Below are positions 57,312 to 64,000 of a DNA stretch of 64,000 nt, piece by piece; positions within the stretch are counted from its first letter, which is position 1, and every line of letters starts with the position of its first letter. The notes below the pieces were generated by a model. That model did no database searches. It was not told the origin of the DNA and was given only the letters and a program-made list of their open reading frames with translations. Where the stretch lies: assembly GCF_009914755.1 (NCBI RefSeq), contig NC_060947.1; one strand, given 5' to 3'. Made by a program: the position numbers and the translations under genes. The DNA comes from the human T2T-CHM13v2.0 reference genome, Homo sapiens.

Positions 57312-59327
57312 TCAAGTAACACAGTACTATAAATCAAACATCTTTAATGTGAATAAATACTTCTAAAGTTGAAACAATATATAGTCAGTCACTTAGAAAA
57401 TGAAGATATTTAGTTATTGCGTTGCTTGAATCAAGTAACAGCTTAACATGCTCTTACAATATATACCAATAATCCCTTCTATTTTCATCAAAGCCCATGA
57501 AGACTTTCTGGAAATAATAAAACTGCCACATTTGGTCATTCTATTGTATTTTATCAAATATGTAGGTCTTGCTTAGGAGCTATGCAAAGAAAGACTATAC
57601 TACGGGGTCTTTTATTTATGTCTTTCTTTCAATATATCTTTCACATTTTTTGGTCCATGAAACTGGGGCTTTGTGTAGTTTTACCAAAATTGCATCTGAC
57701 TCTACACTATGGCCTCATGACATACCTATCTTTCAACAGAATATAGTTTTGTTGGGTTGATATTGATTCATTCAAGGAGTACAAAACTATCTTTCTCCAC
57801 ATATGTGTTTGCCAAAATATTAATAAATATTAAAAATGGGAAAAAAAGAAAAATTTCTGATCTCAGGCCCACAGCATTTTTCCATATACGTGTTATTTCA
57901 AATATATTACAAAACCATGACAGTATAGCTGAGAGGCTGCCAATAACTTTAGATAATTTTCTGAAAATCATTTCTTGAGGATCACACTGACTCTGTGGTT
58001 TTATAATAATTATATACAATAGTAGATTACACCTAAACTTAGTCTTTCTTTTCATTCTCTAACAAATAATTTGTAGGAATTAAAGAAAATATTGCTGACT
58101 TTTACATTTTTGAAAAATCACCTAGACCCTTTTCACTATTTTTGGCAATGTTCACTTAGTTTAAAGTGACCACATTATGCTCAATGTGAACTTTATTTCT
58201 TTCATCCAAAAGTTAGGGCACTTAATTATTTCTTAGTATCTGTTAACTGAGGCCTTGACTTCTCCTCTGAGACCTCCTGCTTTCTGCAGAGGGACCAATT
58301 CATACTGTTGTTTGGTGCTTCTATTCATTTCATTCTGACTTTTCCCTGGTCATCCTTCTTGATAAAAAATTACGTTTTATTGATACTCAGAGGCTGTTCA
58401 ATGAAACAAAGGATTTTGTATCTTGTAATGAGTTGTATACTATAAAGTAAAAGTCTAAGATGAACTTTGGGACTTGGGAGATGAAGTTCAGCATCAACAA
58501 AATGAGAGTAGCATACAGAAAGGACATTTTGAAAATTATATTTAGAATCACAATTCAGTTTGAGCTGCTTTCTCATTTTTTAAACTTTGCCTTCAATTTA
58601 ACCAAGTTGCAAAATACCAATTTAATACTCTGGCCATGGAATATAATTAAGATCTTACACTTAGGTGTGATAACTTTTAGCCCAAAGGATGAAAAAGAAC
58701 CTTAAGTTTATAAAGTGAGTAATGGACATATTAGAGGTGAAACCCCATCAACCAGGACGAAACAGTGATACATGGATTAAAATGCTCCTAAACTAAAACT
58801 TTAATGTGTGCAATTCATATTTTCAAAATTGCATGGGGGCATTAATCTCTATACAACAAGTTTTCTGGATTAAAACTTCCACTTCCTGAAGTAGTTAAAT
58901 GTAAATCAAAGCTGAGGTAGTGATCCTTCTTAGGAGGTAATGAAAATTTATATTGTTTAACTATGTCATATTTTCAAATGGAACCTGAAAATTGAGGTTC
59001 CTAAAGATACAAGAGATGAACATCCAAGCCAGGAGACTAAAGCAGTGTACAAAAATAATTATTTAGCTAAGAGAGCCATAAATAGTCAGGTATAGGGTTG
59101 AAGTAAAGCAATGGCTTAGAAAGGATATAGCCATTATTTTTGTGGCATCCTATAACACCAACGCTACTAATTATATCTTGCCTGTCCATCTGCCACACTC
59201 TACATACACAGAACTTCAGGTGTCCAGTATGCATTAAGGACAAACATTGTGGTGACCCATTCCCAACATTCAATAAATCTGCCAATTTTGTGAAGGCAGG
59301 AACTGTGACTACAAACCTTAACAACTA

Positions 59328-59380
59328 GCAGGTGCTGACATATAGTAGGTGCTTAATAAATATATTTTAATTGAAAGAAA
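59328..59380 (+). mobile_element. L2/MIR-type 3' end
   Basis: gtgctgacatatagtaggtgcttaataaata. Confidence 0.55.
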
Positions 59381-59548
59381 TTAACAAATGTATCCAAAAT
59401 ATTACAGTTATCAGCAATTTTCCAGAGTAATCTTTTTAGGTACTTTTCCTTCGGTTCTGGCACTGACCTGTTGACTAGTAGGGTCACATTTGAATGGTAT
59501 GATCAGAGTGTTAGATTTACTTCAGATGAAGGGAAGAAAAGAAACTTA

Positions 59549-59856
59549 GGCCTGGTGTGGTGGCTTATGCCTGTAATCCCAGCATTTTGGGAGGCTGAGG
59601 CGGGATGGATCACCTGAGGTCAGGAGTTCGAAGCCAGCCTGGCCAAGGTGGCAAAACCCCGTCTCTACTAAAAATATAAAAAATTAGCTGGGCGTGGTGG
59701 CATGTGCCTGAAGTCCCAGCTACTCAGGAGGCCGAGGCACGAGTATCGCTTGAACCCCAGAGGTGGAAGTTGCAGTGAGCCAAGATTGTGCCACTGCACT
59801 CCAGCCTCGGTGACAGAGTGAGACTCTGTCTTAAAAAAAAAAAAAAAAAAAAAAAA
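59549..59856 (+). mobile_element. AluSx-like SINE
   Basis: Full dimer with a pure poly-A tail. Confidence 0.94.
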
Positions 59857-60283
59857 CCAGGAAAATTAAGGTAGTTTCATTTTATTTTAAAACATTGATT
59901 AGGGCTATATAAAACAAAAATTTTGAAGTGTATCTGCTATCAGTTTCTGCTTCATCAATGAGCTGATTTATCTCTATTAAACAAACACGCTCAAACCTTA
60001 CCATTCTCTTCTCTCCTTCAGTTTTTCCAAAGCTGTTTATTTACCTCTGGTTGGCTATTTCAGTTTTCTCCTGATTAAAGCATAAGTGATAAATATATAT
60101 TTGATGTCTTTTTAAAGATGGGATTTTGAGCCCTAAATATCCTTAAATTTACTCAGCATAATTCTACTTTCTACTGCCTCCCAGTTCCATAGATACTATA
60201 TCATGTGGCTTTCTTTCTACTTTAATTAGGGAGATCGATGGGGAGATTACCATTTCAACAGTACCTAATTTACTATTTTATGG

Positions 60284-60862
60284 TGTGAAAGGAAAAGAAA
60301 TCTTGGGACCCCAAAATCACTCAGCCAAAGGGAAGAGTCAAGCTGGGGACTGCATTGGGAAAATCTGCCTCCCAGTCTATTCCTAAGTAAGATAGCTACA
60401 AAGATAAAAAAGCTGCACATCTCCTTCACAATTTGCTCACAAAGAAATTCCTTATGGACAAAGGACAGACAGAATTCAAAGTCATCCCTCTGCTGACGTG
60501 GGACAAATGCATATCTCATTGCTTCCTTTGCCCTATTGTTTCACTAAGCCAGACTAAGGCATAAGTGACTGTAAATTGCATATTCAGTGGAAGGCTAATC
60601 AGAGACTCAAAAGAATGCAACCCTTTGTCCTTTGTCTATCTGTGACCTAGAATCCCCTCACTTCTGGTTTTCCAACCTTTCTGGACATATATTGATTGAT
60701 GTCTCATGTCTCCCTAAAATGTATAAAACAAAGCTCTGCTCCAACCACCTTGGGCAAATGTCGTCAGGAACTCCTGAGGTTGTTTCACAGGTGCGTCCTT
60801 AACCTTGGCAAAATAAACTTTCTAAATTGATTGAGACTTGTCTAAGATACTCATGGTTTACA
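60284..60862 (+). mobile_element. MER4A-type ERV1 solo LTR
   Basis: tgtgaaaggaaaagaaatcttgggaccccaaaatcact start, aataaa signal, ends tttaca. 4-bp TSD atgg/acgg (CpG decay). Confidence 0.88.
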
Positions 60863-61989
60863 ACGGTTACCTCCCAAGTAAATAATATCACATGGCTGCT
60901 TAGGGGCACAACTCTCTTATTCTTTCTGCACATATAAACAAAACAAAATATCTTGAACCTGATAAATAGGCTTCTTCACAGCTTATAAGAACTCTAGTCT
61001 TCTTTGCTAATGGCAAAGTGTTTGAAAGCCTCAAATTCTGGTGATGCTAGAAGTACAAATGACAAACTAAAATAGCCTTGACATACTTGCTAGCTAAACC
61101 ACAATAGGAATTAATATGCCACACACAAACACTATTATTTTGATGGCATGCCATTTTTTGTTTTATAAAAAAACCTTAATCATTTTCCCAATCAGTGGCT
61201 CTGAAATCGGAAACATCCCAAAACATTTTCTGATATCTGCAAGCCTGGTAATGGCTGTTGAAGGTTTTGAAGGAAATGGCATTTTGCATGAAAGTATTTT
61301 AACTCCCTTTCAACTAAATCATGTAACAGATGGAGGTGAGGAAGGGTGTTTGTACTAGTAGAGAAAATAATTGAAATGAGAACAGAAAAAAAGGCAGATG
61401 ATTTGTCGGGAGCTCATACAATATTTTAGAGTACCAAACCAACAACTAAAAGGAAGAATTGCATTTCCAAATTGTTTGGTATGATTGTAAAGCAATAAGA
61501 CAATTTTCTAAAGCTAGTGTTTCCTAACATTTTTATTTAGCAGAGCCCCTTTATCTACCAAAAATCACTGTCATAACCCAGGTTCTAAACCTTCTCCAAG
61601 AAAAGTTTTCCTTTAGGAACTATGCTCCTCGCCTCACTTTATTTCAAGTCAGAATAGCACCTATAGCTCTTCCCAAGGACTCAAAAGCTCAGAAAAGCAT
61701 GTTAGCAAGAATTTCTACAATTTTATCATAGATATACCGTTGGTGGATGAACAAATTGAAATTTATGTTTCACTGTGACCACTGGTTTCTGCACATTTTT
61801 GTCGATCATTGACATAATTTTTAAAGATAACTAATATTGAACAAGTTTAGCACTTATCTCAGGTTGATTACTAGTATCTAGTCTCCTTTCTTAATAGAAA
61901 AATGAATGTGTGTTTACCTCAGTTTTTCTTTTTAAATTCTTTCAAAGTTACTCAAGCTCATAGACTGGTTAAAACTGGTTTTAAAAGGC

Positions 61990-63147
61990 AAAAGCCAAAA
62001 CTATAAGAACCCTAGAAGACAACCTAAACAATGCCGTTCTGCAAATAGGAAAGGGCAAAGATTTCATCATAAAGAAATCAAAAACAATTGCAACAAAAGC
62101 AACAATCGACAAATGGGATCAATGTAATTAAAATAAAGAGCTTCCGCAGAGTAAAGGAAACTACCAAGACAGTGAATCGACAGCATACATAATGGGAAAC
62201 ATTTCTGCAATCTATACATCTGGCAAAGGTCTAATATCCAGCATTTATAAGAACCTTAAAAAATGTCCAAGAAAATAAAAACAAACACCAACATTAAAAA
62301 GTGGACAAAGAACATGAGCAGACACTTTTCCAAAGAAGACATGCATGCAGGCAACGATCATATAAAAAAAGCTCAACATCACCGATCATTATAGAAATGC
62401 AAATCAAAACAACGAGATACCATCTCACACCAATCAGAATGGCTATTCAAAACTCAACAAACAGCAGTTTCTGGCAAGGTTGCGGGGAAAAGGGAACACT
62501 TATACACTCTTGGTGGGAGTTAAATTAGTTCAACAATTGTGGAAGACAGTGTGGTGATTCCTCAGAGACCTAAAAATATAACTACCATTTGGCCCAGAAA
62601 TCTCATTACTCGTTATATACCCACAGAAATATAAAATGTTCTATTATGAAGACACATGCATGCACTCATATGTTCATTGAAGCACTATTTGCAATAACAA
62701 AGATGTAGAATCAACTCAAATGCCCATCAGTGGTAGGCTGGATAAAGAAAATGTGGTACATATACACCATGGAATATTATGCAGCTATAAAAAAAAGAAC
62801 ATGTTCTTTGCAGCACCCTGGGTAGAACTGGACATCATTATCTTTAGCAAATTAATGCAGGAACAGAAAACCAAATACTGCTTGTTCTCACTTATAAGTG
62901 GGAGCTAAATGATGAGAACAAATGCGCACATAGAGAGGAATGACACAACACTAGGGTCTATAGGAGAGAGAAAGGTGGAAGGAGGGAGAGGATCAGGAAG
63001 AATAACTAATGGATACTAGACTTAATACCTGGGTGATGAGATAATCTGTACAACAAACCCCCATGCAATAAATTTACCTATGTAACAAAGATGCACATCT
63101 ATCCCTTAACTTAAAATAAAAGTTAAATTGTAAAAAAGAAAAAGAAA
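61990..63147 (+). mobile_element. 5'-truncated L1PA13-like LINE-1
   Basis: ORF2 end, 3' UTR aggatcaggaagaataactaatggatactagacttaatacctgggtgatg, and A tail. Confidence 0.88.
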
Positions 63148-63169
63148 GTGATTCCTTGCCACCTTATCC

Positions 63170-64000
63170 CCCAAAGACATTCTATTTTCAACTATTTGAC
63201 TGATTTATTTGGTATTTAAATGAATACATGAAAATAACTTGCTTATATTACTACTTGATGATTTTCAGCTTTAAACATTATGTAATAATTTTTTCACTAA
63301 AGATAAGAAAACCTTAATCCTCTTTTTCCTGTCTGTTCCCAACACTAATGCTGAGTTAAAATAATATATCCTCCCATTGTACCTATATGAATATTTGATT
63401 GATATCAATATCTGTGGCTTATATCACTATGAAAACTATGTACCGTACCATTTACAATGCAGCCATGTAATATACTATGAATATCTTTTATTTTATGCCT
63501 AAGTTTTTAAATTCTTATTGGATTTAATCATTATATTGAATTTTTAGTTGCTTAATTTATTGTGTTATTATTAGTGTCTTAAAAGGCAATGCCTTCCCTC
63601 ATTTTGTAATTAGCTTCCTAGTCTATTCCAACACTAATAATCCATTGTCTTCTAATAATCCATTGTCTTCAAGTATCTCTAAGGGCTTCTGGCCTATTAA
63701 AGTCGGGAGTGGCTGCTCTCTAAACCCACTGAAAGCACTTGTCTTGTAATTTCTCTTCACCCTCACCGTGGGTTTTTCTATTTCTCTTTTGAATCCTCTC
63801 TTTCTTAGATACTAAGTCTTCTGTGTCTTGGTAGAGCCCATCCCATCCATTAGTAATTTCCTGGAAAGAGTGCATGAAAGTTTATTTTCAGAGACAATGC
63901 CTATGTGTAAGTATACTAATTCACCCTCACACTGGACTAGTAGTCCATATTTAGAATTCTAGACAGGCAATTATTATTCTTGAGAATTTTGATGACACCT
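63170..64000 (-). mobile_element. HAL1-like ancient LINE fragment
   Basis: ttcctggaaagagtgcatg...caccctcacact...tagaattctag...gagaattttga resembles antisense HAL1. Confidence 0.55.

Noticed and set aside
61512-61715. Possible hAT/MER5-like MITE
   Set aside because: Termini are too degenerate to support a call by eye.

Overview
Primate (very likely human) genomic DNA, AT-rich and CpG-poor, with no recognisable protein-coding exon. Roughly three quarters of the window (estimated by eye) is transposable-element derived. It contains two near full-length old primate L1s (649-7991 minus, with an 11-bp TSD; ~43081-51340 plus), both with monomeric tandem arrays in the 5' UTR, many L1MA/MB/MC fragments and 8 Alus. 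LTR elements include a disrupted ERV-L provirus (MLT2 LTRs, dUTPase remnant), an MST MaLR provirus, and solo THE1D, MER4A, MER31/67-like and MLT1 LTRs. MADE1 and MER47A MITEs and a HAL1 remnant are also present. Most supplied ORFs are L1, Alu or LTR read-throughs. I found no convincing novel gene system. The most unusual signals are structural: several short locally templated insertions (one inverted with a snap-back hairpin), a 1.9-kb palindromic AT-rich VNTR with stepwise unit evolution inside an LTR, a microsatellite-anchored ~140-bp duplication in unique DNA, and an old/young L1 chimera. Repeat subfamily names come from recalled consensus sequences, and boundaries without TSDs are approximate.
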